The notes beneath the pieces are model-generated. The model was not told the origin of the DNA and ran no database searches. It saw only the letters and a program-made list of their open reading frames with translations. A stretch of DNA of 64,000 bases, from the NCBI GenBank assembly GCA_963782055.1, contig CAWAIF010000003.1, positions 3,424,001-3,488,000 on the forward strand, written 5' to 3'. Shown one piece after another: positions 34,601 to 45,866 of this stretch (its first letter is position 1; each line of letters starts with the position of its first letter). This DNA is from an uncultured delta proteobacterium. GTDB taxonomy: Bacteria > Myxococcota_A > Polyangia > Polyangiales > Polyangiaceae. Both the position numbers and the translations under genes were made by a program.

Positions 34601-37002
34601 TCGCCGCGCTCGCGGGCGATGCGCTCGGCGAGGAACGCCGCCACCGGCACGCCCGGCGCGCCCTCGTGGACCTGCTCGAGGGCGGGGAGGCGCGCGTCCT
34701 CCTCCGGCGTACGCCGCAGGTAGGCCTCCAGCCGCAGCAGGGCCGCGCGTACGGGATCCTCCTCCTCCGCGGCGAGCCGCTGGATGTCCGCCACCGGATC
34801 GACCGAGCTGTCGACCGCCGCGAGGGCGCGCAGGGCGGCCTCGTTGGCGGCGTCGGCGTCCAGGGCGGATCGGTACGCCGCGGCGGCCCGCTCGGGGAGG
34901 CCGGCGCGCTCGGCGATGAGCGCGGAGGCCAGGTAGCGATCCGTCCGGCCGGACTCCGCGCCCTCGCCCCACGCAGAGAGCGTGGCGCTCACCTCGTCGT
35001 GGTGGCCCTCGCGCGCGGACTCGTCCAGGCGCAGGGCCCGGGTCGTCTGCGGCGCGTGCGCGGCGAGCGCCTCGATGGCGGCGTCGATCGCGGCGGGCGG
35101 CGCGTGCTGGCCGAGGAGCCGCGCGAGCTGTGAGGCCGCGCGCGCGCCGGGCGCGCCGGCGACGCGCTCGGCGAAGGAGGACAGCACCGCGACCTCGGCG
35201 CCCGCCCCGGGGCGCGCCACGATCGGCGTGGCCGCGGCGGCCAGGGTGACGCCGTCGTCGGTGGCGGCGAGTGCCTCCAGATCATGCAGGCGCCTGTCGT
35301 CCTCGAAGCCGGCGAGCGCCGCGAGAGCCACGCGCTCGGCCGGGGAGAAGGAGCTACCTCCAGCGACGGCGCGCGCGACGATGGCCGCGTCGCCGAGCTC
35401 CATGCCGCGGGCGGCCATGGCGCGCCGCGCCAGCTCGTCTCCCGCCTCCACCAGCGGGCCGAGCAGCTCCACCGCGCGGGCGCGGGCCGTGGTGCGCGTG
35501 GCCGCGAGCGTGGCGGCGAGCCAGCGCGCGCCGCCGGCGAGCGCGGCGTCCGACGTGATCTCGCCGACACGCTCGGCGGCCGCGACGACGTCGCCCTTCT
35601 CCACCGCGGCTCGTGCGCGCCTCATGGCGTCGTCGGCCGAGGTGCCCTCGCGCGCCTCGCCGCGCTCCACCCCGCGCAGGCGCAGCGCCGAGTCGATCGC
35701 CGTCGCGAGCGTCGGGAGGCTGTCCGGCGCGCGCAGCGCCGGGCTGTTCAGCTCCCCGCGCGAGAGGGCCCTGGCGGCCCGCGCGGTCACCACGCGCGCG
35801 TCGCCCGGCGCCATGCGCGTCGCCTGCTCCAGGCGCTTGGCGGCGCCCTCGTCGTCCCCGGAGGCGCCGAGCGCCTGCGACGCGAGCAGCGCGCCGTGCA
35901 GCTTCGCCGCGTGCACGGGCGCGTGCCGGAGCTCCTCGTCGATGCTGGACACGATCGCCTCTCCGTCGCGCGGGCCCAGGCCGCGGAGCTGACGGTGGGC
36001 GAGCGCCATGTGCGGCGCCAGCTCGATCGCCTCCCGGGCGAGCCGCTCGGCGTCCTCGGAGTCGCCGGCCATCGCGCGCAGCTCGCTGGCGACGAGGAGG
36101 GTCTGCGCGCTGCCCATCTTGTCGACGACGTTGTGCGCCTCCTCCTCCAGCCAGGTGGCGCGCTCGCGCACCGCCTCCAGCATCGTCTCGTCGAGAAGCT
36201 GGACGACGGGCAGCTCGTCCTCGAAGACGATGGCGTCGGCCGGGGCCGCGGGCGGCGCCGGCGGGACCGCCTCGACCTCCGCGGTGCTCGCGAGGGCCGG
36301 CACGTCCTCGGCCTCCTCGCTCTCGGGTACGACCGCCGGCGTGGGCGGCGCCTCCTCTGCTTCGTCGAACGCCGGCGCGGTCGGCTGCGCGGAGCGCGGC
36401 GGCGGGAGGTCCTTCGGCTCCTCCAGGCCGCCGAGCAGCTGCTCCAGCTCGTCGTCCTCGTTCGTCGGGGCGGCCGGTGCGGCTGGCCGGGGGGGCGGCG
36501 GCTTGCGCGGTCGGTCGTCGAAGGGGTCGAACATCGCTCCCTCCGGGATCTCCGGCTCCGACTCCCCGGGCACCTGCAGCGGCTCCGGCGGCCCGATGTC
36601 CGGCGGGGCCGCCACGTCCACCGCGCTCGTCACCACGCCTTCCTCGTCGTCCTCCGCGCGGTAGTGCTTGCGCTCGACCGGCGCCTCCAGCTCCACCTCG
36701 ATGTCGTCTTCCTTGCGGGCGGCGTCGCCCCGGGCGAAGAGCTGGCTCAGCCCACCGCGCCGCTTGGGGAGGGGCGGGGGCGCGGGCCTGCCGGCACGCG
36801 CGGCGATCTGGGCGCTGGCGGGGTCGATGGTGGGCGCCGGCGGGCGGTAGAGCGGCTTGGAGGCGGACGGCGCCGCGGGCGCGGCCGGTTCCTTCGGCGC
36901 GGCCTCCTTCTCCTCGTCCTCGGCCGGGTCCTTGTCCCACTCGGCCAGGGCGGCGTCCCAGTCGAAGTCCTGAAGGGGGCCCTTCTTGTCGTCGTCGGTC
37001 AT
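31672..37002 (-). CDS. Giant TPR-repeat protein B
   Basis: MTDDDKKG start overlaps the upstream stop (ATGA); acidic Pro-rich N-terminus, many TPRs, C-terminus ELIAFTVSDGYAEARTRLG. Confidence 0.8.
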   Translation of the reverse strand: MTDDDKKGPLQDFDWDAALAEWDKDPAEDEEKEAAPKEPAAPAAPSASKPLYRPPAPTIDPASAQIAARAGRPAPPPLPKRRGGLSQLFARGDAARKEDDIEVELEAPVERKHYRAEDDEEGVVTSAVDVAAPPDIGPPEPLQVPGESEPEIPEGAMFDPFDDRPRKPPPPRPAAPAAPTNEDDELEQLLGGLEEPKDLPPPRSAQPTAPAFDEAEEAPPTPAVVPESEEAEDVPALASTAEVEAVPPAPPAAPADAIVFEDELPVVQLLDETMLEAVRERATWLEEEAHNVVDKMGSAQTLLVASELRAMAGDSEDAERLAREAIELAPHMALAHRQLRGLGPRDGEAIVSSIDEELRHAPVHAAKLHGALLASQALGASGDDEGAAKRLEQATRMAPGDARVVTARAARALSRGELNSPALRAPDSLPTLATAIDSALRLRGVERGEAREGTSADDAMRRARAAVEKGDVVAAAERVGEITSDAALAGGARWLAATLAATRTTARARAVELLGPLVEAGDELARRAMAARGMELGDAAIVARAVAGGSSFSPAERVALAALAGFEDDRRLHDLEALAATDDGVTLAAAATPIVARPGAGAEVAVLSSFAERVAGAPGARAASQLARLLGQHAPPAAIDAAIEALAAHAPQTTRALRLDESAREGHHDEVSATLSAWGEGAESGRTDRYLASALIAERAGLPERAAAAYRSALDADAANEAALRALAAVDSSVDPVADIQRLAAEEEDPVRAALLRLEAYLRRTPEEDARLPALEQVHEGAPGVPVAAFLAERIARERGDLDEVLRWLRERQKASADPIERAFDNVREALLIADKEPALASERLEEAHRARPEDVALRQLYERMAPEPPPDRAAWREQRAAAAAGDARETLLLEAVYEYERSGDREGALRAAQAATPEGKGPPLALIARERAELAAGEASRLADELLSLARTAPDVRARTEAYERLAELDALARNDPGSALLWHRSILEETPDHALSLRYVEHALLGERRDDELEPVLTAIARMLDQKGGEASAHAEVAARLRMRNGDWDGTRDLAELGARQPAASLWSLRLGNAHARAKEDDAALLESTRALIARASRPVELAALLARGAEAAERVGKLDDALELLERATREDPGDVTAWRALAQLRTRRGEHAQAADALESLARTSAVDEHRLEAWYEAGRILVDEAKDQGRGVAAFEQAASINIAFKDIFGRLSKLYAARGARNELASLLERRISTVLDPDERVALEVERGSALAEVGEFAVAKEAFEAALAVQPDHVGALTAFGDMCAKREDWEGAEQAWVRLARLVASPEEQLAIYRRLGDLYAGHIGNLSRAEVALREVLKRAPEDVAAKEQLVEVYKRQNDAPQAMEIQQQLLATASDPATKRLRTIGLASIYETVSHDLRKAEQTLESARREFPSDVNILRALAEFYVRHKQTPAVNILLDRAAGDARRAFAAGRFSPALFETMATVHDIRGKTDAARAVAATLAAFTGEPADIAGAEARALDPRLDELIAPEAMTPAARGLLARTGHALDAAAPFDPRQLRATLLDPGDAFGRAVMGIAQSVGMANMQLFVSPQLGNVCLPGGSNPPALVFGEPMLKASSEKARSFALLRALKLIQVHGSAFARVGQGDVPILVGAWLKIFAPQWTPPGINPAQLTEATRRVQSAMPRQIDPATGSMALEVIGALGPQIGALGGAVLAWANHAALLAVGDPNAAMEAVAFATGRGEPPPAGDARAGWIARMPEVKELIAFTVSDGYAEARTRLGFK

Positions 37003-40000
37003 GATGGTCCCTCGAGGCCGAGGGCCCTGCGCACTTGCAGGTACGCCGGCGAGAGGACGAAGCGCAGCAGATCCTGCGCGCGCGGGTCGGCCGCCGCGGC
37101 GGGGGGCACCTGATCGGCGAGGACGGCGGAGGCGTCGCCGCACGCGACGACGGCGGCGCGCGCCTGCGACGCGAGCGCGCGCTGGGCGTAGAGCTTGGGG
37201 TCGAGCCGGCCCTGCGCGATGGGTCCGCAGAATCTCCGGGAGGGCCTTGCGCGTCCTGCGCGCGATGGCCTTGGAGACGAGCTTCTCCACCTCGGCCAGC
37301 ACCGCGTAGGGCGGAGCCTCAATCGGCACGTCTGCGATGCGGCACGCGGCGACGACGATCGCCGCCACGGTGGTCTCGTCGCGGGTGCGGAGCACGCTCG
37401 TCCCCCGCGCGAGGCCGAAGATCTCGCGCACGACGCGGGCGCGCGCCGCGACGTCGAAGGGCGCGTTGACGCTCGCTCCGACGACGATCGCCGGGGTGTC
37501 TCCGGGGACGCCCTGCACACCGAGCGGATCCTTGCCGCCCACGTAGAGGTCGAACTCCGGCAGGCCGAAGGTGCCCGCCCACGCGGCCATCTCGTTCCGC
37601 AGCGCGAGGCCCGCGCGCGGGTCGACGCGATCACGCTTGCCCACGCCGAGCGCCTGCAGCGACGGACCGAGCGCCTCCGCAAGCGTGGGCGCCAGCAGCG
37701 CGAAGAGGGCGGCGATCGGGCCGTCGTCCCCCACGCAGAGGAGCATCTGCAGGTGGCTGGGGCCGAGCGCGATCTGCGGCACCGTGCGCGGCTGCCGCGC
37801 ACGGAGCTGCGCCAGCGTCTGCTCGAGCACGGCGTCGCGGCCGGCGAGGGCGACCGCCACCGTCGCCGCGGTACCTTGCAGGCCCTGCTCGCCCAGCGCG
37901 CCGGCGACGCGGGCGAGGCGGCGGGCGGCGTCGGCGTCGGAGGGCTGCTTCTGCAGCGCCCCCAGCAGCGTGGCGCGCGCCGCGCCGAGCAGCGCTTGCT
38001 TGTCGGGCACGTCGATCTCCAGCAGCAGGTCGACCGCCTCGCCGTCGCCGGGAGCCTCCTCCAGGAGCTTGTGTACCACCACCGCGGCGCGCTCCTTGGC
38101 GCCGATGCGATCACGGTAGATCGCCATCGCCAGGCGCGCGGCCTCGATGCGGCCGGCCGCCTCCGGGCGCTCGCGCATCAGCTCCTCCAGGATGGAGGTG
38201 GCCTCTTCCCACGAGCCGGTCTTGGCGGCAGCCTTGGCGAGGCGCTCGCGCACGGGCAGGGTGGAGAGCTTGGCCTTGTGGAGCGACACCAGCACGCGCA
38301 GCGCCTGCTCCGGCTGGTCCAGCTTCTTCTCGTAGAGGTCTACCGCGGCGACACCGGCGGTCACCCGGTTCTTGGCGGGCGCCGCGTCCAGCGTGGCGAG
38401 CCGCGCGAGGCGGTCGGCGGCCTCGGCGTACATGCCGCGGCGGATGAAGATCTCGCCCGTGAGCGCCAGCGCGCCCACGTGGTCCGGCTCGATCATCGTG
38501 ACGTTCTCCAGGGCATGGAGCGCGCCGTCGGAGTCGCCCTTCTCGCGCAGCACGCGCGCCTGCTCCCAGAAGAGCTTCGCCACCTCCGGCGGGTCGTCGG
38601 TGTGCTCCAGCCGGACCTGCATCAGCTCGAGGAGGCGGTCACCATCCTTGCGCGCGCGCACGCGGCGGAAGAGCTTGTCGAAGGCCGTGGGCCTGCGGGC
38701 GTCACGCTGGAAGCTGGCGGCCAGGGCCTCCTCGCCCGCCTGCTCGTTGCCGATCTCCAGCCAGAGGTTGCCCGCCTCCTCCCAGAAGGTGGCGCCGCGC
38801 GTGGCCGCCCCGCAACGCCCGCCCAGCTCCTGCGCCGCCACGGCCTGCAGCTCCTTGTTGCCCTGCGCCTCCGCCGCCGTGCGCAGCCCCTCCCACGCGG
38901 TGAGGTCGTCGGGGTTGGCCTGCGTGACCGCGGTGAACGCCTCCACCGCGCCGTCGACATCGCCCGCGACGAGCAGCGACCAGCCGCCCATGCTCATCGC
39001 GTGCGCCTGCGCGTCCTCGCCGAGCACCGTGCCCAGGTTGCAGAGCGCGGTGGCGCGTCGCCGCGGGTCGCATCCTGGCGGCGCCAGCTCCAGGTTGGCT
39101 AGGCGCGCGGCGTTCGTCTCGCCGCCGAGCAGGTGAACGGCGGCGGGGGAGTCCGCGCGCAGCATCGCCGAGAGGGCGGCGCTCGCCTCGAGGGCGTCGT
39201 GCGCCTCCGGCTCGAGCGACGACGCCAGCGCGTGCCGCGCCGCCGCCTCCGCGACGGCGTCTCCGGAAGACGTCGCGCTCACCAGCCACTCCAGGGCGGC
39301 GCTCGCCCCGCCGCCCACGTCGAACCAGCCCTCTGCTGCGGCCGTCGCGGCCTCGGCGTCCTGCTCGCGCTCGGCGCGGTAGCGCTCGGCGCCGGCGAAG
39401 GCGGGCGCGCCGGCCTCGGCGATGCGGGCGAGGGCGCCTGTGAGCAGCGCAGGATCGGGCGAGGCCGGCGGCCAGAGCACGCGCGCCAGCGCGCCGGCGA
39501 TGGCGAGGTCGCGTCCGGGCATGCCCTCCTCCACCTCGGCGAGGGCGTCGGCCGCGGCGTCGGCGTCGGAGGCGGCGAGCTCGGTCGCGAAGCGCTCGAG
39601 CGCGAGCAGGCGCGTGTCCCCGCCACCCTCCTTCGCGCGGGCGATGGCCTTGCGGCGTCCCTCCACGCTGTCCGGCTCGATGGCGCGAGAGGCCCACCCG
39701 AGCAGCACGCGGGCCGGGTCCGGCCGCAGGGCATCGGGGTCGGCAGGGATCTTCTCCGCCGCCATCTCGAAGTCTTCCAGCCCGACGTGCTTGTCCCCCG
39801 CGCGCCAGCGCAGCAGGCCGGCGAAGAGGAGCTGCGAGGCCGCGGCCTGCGGGTCCTCCGTCGCCGCGGCCGCCTCCTCCGCCACGATGGCGGCGGCGGT
39901 CGGGTCGCCCGCGGCGAGCTCCATCTCCTGCAGCAGGCCCACGACGAGCAGGTCGTCCTTCTGCCCGGCGAACAGATCGCGCAGCACCTCGCGCGCGGTG

Positions 40001-41808
40001 TCGGCGTCGCCGCCGCGCTCGGCGCGCAGGGCGGCGATGAGCTTCAGCGCGCGGGCGAGGTCCGGGTCGGCGTCCAGCGCGGCGAGCTCACGCCACGCCG
40101 CGGCGCTCGCGGCGCCGTCGCCGCCGGGCAGGAGCGCTTCCAGCGCTTGGCCCAGCCACGCTCCGGACGGCAGCGCCGCCAGCTCGGCGAGCGCGCGCTT
40201 GGCTCCCTCCTGATCGTCGCGCGCCAGCCGGGAGCGCGCGATCTCGAACCAGAGCTGCGGCAGCTCGGCGTCCGTCGCCCCGCCCACCACCAGCCGGCGC
40301 GCCGCCTCGTCCTGCCAGGTGGCGTCGCCGGAGACCATCGCCAGCATGCGTCCGAAGCGGGCCACGGTGGCGGGCGCGACGCCGTACATCGCCGCCTGGC
40401 TGAGCGCCGCCTTTGCCGCCGCCACGTCCCCCGCGCGGATGCCCCACACGAAGGCGGAGAGCAGCAGCAGCTTGCCGCGCGCCTCGTCGGTCGCGAGCGC
40501 GTCGGCGGACGCCTCAATCTGCTCGGCGAAGCTCGTCGCGTCGCTCGAGCCGGCGAGCAGGTCGAGCTGCAGCGCGCGTGCCGGGATGCTGCCGGGGTCG
40601 GCCTTCGCTGCACGCGTCACGGCCTCCAGCGCCTTGCCGGCGTCGCCGTTGCCCGCGGCCTCCTCCGCGACGCGCATGGCGAGCGCGGCGATCGTCGGGC
40701 CGTCGGTCTCGGTGGCGAGCCGTCGCTCGGCGAGCGACGCGGCAACGGCCGAGTCCCCCACCGTCTCCGCGGCCCGGATGCGCGCGGCCAGCAGCGCGCG
40801 CACCACCAGCGGGTCGGCCTCGCCCTCCGGCTGCTCCGCGCCGGCGAGCAGCTCGAGCGCGCGATCCAGCACCGTCGCGGCGCGCCCGGCGTCACCGCTC
40901 AGCCGCCACACGTCCGCCGCGCGCAGGTACGCGTCAGCGATGAACGCGCGGTCCCGCAGCCACTGCGGCACGCCCAGCTCGTCGCCGCGCTCGGCGTTGC
41001 TCATCGCCTCGGCGATGAGCGCGGCCTGTGCCTCCAGCGCCTCCGCGTAGGCGGTCGCCCGCGTCCTGGCTTCGTCGGTGCCCGGCAGACCGGGCTCGGT
41101 GCGCGCCAGACGCTCCGCCGCGACGGCCGCGGCGAAGGTGGCCCCGGAGCCGAGCGCGCGCGCGTCCCCGAAGCGCTCGAGGGCGCGGTCCACCTCGCCG
41201 GCGGCGGCCGCCATGCGGCCGAGGTCCAGCAGAAGCAGCGCCTTCCAGCTGGCCGAGTCGGTGCGCTTGGCGCGCTCGGTCATCGCCTCCTCGCGCAGCG
41301 CGGCGTCGCCGAGGCGCGCGGCGACCAGCTCGAGGGCGAGGGCGGCCGTCGCCGTCTCGGGGAGCGCGGGATCCTGCTCGCCGACGCGCAGCGCCTCCAG
41401 CACCACGCCCTTGGCCGCGTCCACGTCGCCCTGCACGTCCTCCAGGTACGCCGCGCGCATCACCAGCGCGCGCGCCTTCTCCGCGGGCGTGACCGCGGCG
41501 CGGTCCAGCGCGTCGATCACCCGCCCGAGGTTCTTGAGCGAGCGACGTCGCTCCAGCAAGCGCACGAGCGCCTCCAGCGGCTCGCGGAAGGTGGGGTCCG
41601 CGTTGAACGCGGCGAGGTAGTCGCGCGCGGCCGCGGGCTCGTCGCCCTCGCGCTCCGCGACCTCCCCCGCCTCCCCGAGCAGGCGCGCCTGGCGTGCCTT
41701 GTCCGGCGCTCGCGTGATCTCCGCGCGGAGCCACTCGGCGTCGGCGGCGCTCGGGTCAGCAGCCCCGTCGTTCTCGGGAGTGCTCGGATTGTTTTCGGTG
41801 TCGGACAT
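36999..41808 (-). CDS. Giant TPR-repeat protein A, with a 1-nt frameshift near 37231
   Basis: TPR repeats; natural C-terminus DLLRFVLSPAYLQVRRALGLEGPS lies in a shifted frame; span is 4810 nt = 3n+1. Confidence 0.75.
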
Positions 41809-41871
41809 GCGCTCGTCGTCGAGTCGTTCGGGCTGCACAAGCGTGCGGACCGACGACGGGGTGTTGGACCG

Positions 41872-42159
41872 TCACAGGAGCTGGTTCAGCTTCTCGTTGA
41901 TCTTGCCTTCAATCGTACCTTTCATGACGCGAAGCATGAAGGGGAGGTCGACCGTCACCCGGACCGCCTTGTCGCTGACGTGGACGTCCCCGCTGGTCCC
42001 CTTCGCCGCGCCGCTCGGCGCCTCGAAGCGAATGGTGTCCCCCGACCACCGCCAGGTGAGCCCGAGCTTCGCCTCCATGCTCTTGGCCAGCTCTTCTGCC
42101 TTCTGTCGGGCCGCGTCCTTGGAGAGGGTGTGTGCGCGCGTGATGTCGATCGTGGCCAT
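41872..42159 (-). CDS. Polyhydroxyalkanoic acid system family protein (PHA_gran_rgn)
   Basis: IDITRAHTLSKDAAR...WRWSGDTIRF...KGTIEGKI. Confidence 0.85.
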   Translation of the reverse strand: MATIDITRAHTLSKDAARQKAEELAKSMEAKLGLTWRWSGDTIRFEAPSGAAKGTSGDVHVSDKAVRVTVDLPFMLRVMKGTIEGKINEKLNQLL

Positions 42160-42180
42160 TTCTCTACCTTGCTAGGAGTA

Positions 42181-42771
42181 TCATTCGAGGCGCTTGACGA
42201 TCCAGTACCCCCTCGGCGTGTCTATCGGGCCGCTCACGGCGCCAACGGGCAGTGTAAACAGGACATACTCCGGAGCCGGCTCCAGGATCCCGCGATAGAC
42301 GCGGCCCACGTCGTCGGTCGAGCCGTCGTCGCCGAGGCGCACCGCCGCGTGGAATTCCTTCTTCGCCGTCCCGGCGAGCTGCTTGGCCAGCTCGAGGGCG
42401 GCCTGCTTGCTGCGGCCGTGGCTGGGCGCGTCCTCGGCGCCGACGTAGGTGATCAGCACCACGCCGAAGCGCACGCGGCGCGGGGCGGAGTCGGGCAGGG
42501 GAGGCACGGGCGTGCCGTCCAGCATGTGGTAGCCGACGCCGCCGTCCATCCGCCGCTCCGGCGTCGTGAAGACGGGCAGGTCCAACAGGTCGGCGTCGGT
42601 CACGTCCGGCGGGGGCAGGTCGCCCGCCTCCAGCGCCAGCACCAGGCCCCCGTCCGCGCCGGCGTCCTGTGCGGCGGCCGACGGGTGCCAGCCCTTCATG
42701 GCCTGGGCGGCGAGCCCCACGGCGAGCACGACGACGGCGAGGCCGAGCAGGACCGAGAGCCAGCGCTGCAT
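42181..42771 (-). CDS. Parvulin/PpiC-type peptidyl-prolyl isomerase
   Basis: N-terminal TM; VLITYVGA...RSKQAALELA; FTLPVGAVSGPIDTPRGYWIVKRLE. Confidence 0.8.
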   Translation of the reverse strand: MQRWLSVLLGLAVVVLAVGLAAQAMKGWHPSAAAQDAGADGGLVLALEAGDLPPPDVTDADLLDLPVFTTPERRMDGGVGYHMLDGTPVPPLPDSAPRRVRFGVVLITYVGAEDAPSHGRSKQAALELAKQLAGTAKKEFHAAVRLGDDGSTDDVGRVYRGILEPAPEYVLFTLPVGAVSGPIDTPRGYWIVKRLE

Positions 42772-42777
42772 CGACGG

Positions 42778-43311
42778 CTAGGTCCCCGAGCCTTCCGCCG
42801 GCGGGGGGATGTCCTCCTCCGCGGCGGGGGGCGGCGGGCCGTACTCTTCGTAAGGACGCATCGTGGCGGGCGGCGGGTCACCGTACAGCTCGAGCTGTGC
42901 GGCGAGCCAGTTCTCCCGCGCGATGAGCGTCTTCAGGCGGGCGGCCGCCTCGGTCGCGGTGGGCTCGGCGGCGTCGGTCATCGCCTTGGCGATGGCCTCC
43001 TGCACGTCGGCGAGGTCCTTGCGCACGATGACGGGATCGATCCCCGGCCGCTCGATGTACTCGTCGGCGAGCAAGAGCACCTTGTCGTGCCCTGCCTCCA
43101 CGAAGCCGCCGCCGACGGCGCACCGCTTCGTCTCCCCGCCTTGCTTGTAGCTGACGATGCCGGTCCGCAGCGCGGCGAGGATGGGCAGGTGGCCCGGCAG
43201 CACGCCGAACTCGCCCTCCACGCTCGGCGCGGTGATCTCGTCGGCCTTCGTCGCGAGGGCGCGCCCGCGCGGCGTGACGATCTCCAGCTCCAGCTTGCTC
43301 TCGTCGGCCAC
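42778..43311 (-). CDS. atpC: ATP synthase epsilon subunit
   Basis: LELEIVTP, GEFGVLPGHLP, VGGGFVE; directly follows atpD. Confidence 0.93.
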   Translation of the reverse strand: MADESKLELEIVTPRGRALATKADEITAPSVEGEFGVLPGHLPILAALRTGIVSYKQGGETKRCAVGGGFVEAGHDKVLLLADEYIERPGIDPVIVRKDLADVQEAIAKAMTDAAEPTATEAAARLKTLIARENWLAAQLELYGDPPPATMRPYEEYGPPPPAAEEDIPPPAEGSGT

Positions 43312-43318
43312 GGCGCGC

Positions 43319-44863
<1,545 letters not shown>

Positions 44864-44959
44864 TCACGTCGGGTCCAGGGGAGGGTCTGCGGTCCGACCG
44901 AAGACCAGCCCACGGCCCGGAGGGCACGTAGGGTCAACGGAGGCTGATATGAATCGGTC

Positions 44960-45811
44960 ATGCGCCCCGGACGAGTCACCTTCGTGCTCCTCGCCGCGAC
45001 GGTCCTGCCCGCGCCCGCCCGCGCCCAGGTCGCCGCGCCGCTCGTGGTCGCCAACCACCCCCCCGACTGGGCGCCGGAGGTGCACGACCAGAACGAGGTG
45101 CAGGCGGGCGACGAGCTCCGCTTCACCCTGCGCGCCGTCGACCCCGACCACGACCCTTTGACCTACACGGTGTCCGGCCTGCCGATGGGCGCCAAGGCGG
45201 AGGCGGGCGACGGCTCGGTCGTCGTGACCTGGCACACCCGGGAGGCGGACGTCGGCGTCTACCCGCTCACCCTCGCCGTCACCGACGGCAGGACGCGCGT
45301 GGAGCGCCGCGTCGACATCGTGGTGGAGGAGAGCGAGGAGAGCTACGTCGTGCCCGGGGTCGGCTACAGCCTCTACCTCCCCAACAACCTGGACCGCCTG
45401 GGCGCGTTCAACGGATTCAGCATCGAGTTCGTGGGGCTGAGCTGGGTCCACCAGAACGAGCAGCACGGCCCGAGCCACGGTCGCGTCTACTTCGACCTGG
45501 ACGTCCTCTTCGCCGGCAAGACGGGGGTCGACTCCGCGTTCCTCCCGTACGCCGGTTTCGATCTCTCGGTGGAGCGAAACCCCGGTCGCCGCTTCCTCAT
45601 CCCCTACTTCGGCATGGAGGGCGGCGTCCTCTTCCAGGCCCAGACCGGCACGCTGGGCATGCTGGTGCCCTTCGCCGGCCTCGACTTCTACGCCCGCTCC
45701 AGCGTCCAGATCGGCATGAAGGCGGGCTACCTGCTGCCCTTCACCTCGGAGCAGTTCGAGGACGTGCGCGGCCTGCGGGCCAAGCTGACGCTGGACCTCT
45801 CCTTCTGGTGA
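44960..45811 (+). CDS. Secreted Ig/cadherin-like domain plus a small outer-membrane beta-barrel
   Basis: Signal ending ARA; NHPP..AVDPDHDPLTY..GLPMGA; amphipathic strands ending LTLDLSFW. Confidence 0.75.
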   Translation: MRPGRVTFVLLAATVLPAPARAQVAAPLVVANHPPDWAPEVHDQNEVQAGDELRFTLRAVDPDHDPLTYTVSGLPMGAKAEAGDGSVVVTWHTREADVGVYPLTLAVTDGRTRVERRVDIVVEESEESYVVPGVGYSLYLPNNLDRLGAFNGFSIEFVGLSWVHQNEQHGPSHGRVYFDLDVLFAGKTGVDSAFLPYAGFDLSVERNPGRRFLIPYFGMEGGVLFQAQTGTLGMLVPFAGLDFYARSSVQIGMKAGYLLPFTSEQFEDVRGLRAKLTLDLSFW

Positions 45812-45866
45812 CGCGCCTCTTGACCCCCGCCGCGACGCGGGCCATGCCACCTGGTCGCCTGAAGCC

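Noticed and set aside
31672..41838. A single 3388-aa protein
   Set aside because: Implausible junction peptide; a natural C-terminus and ATGA-coupled restart appear after removing one base.
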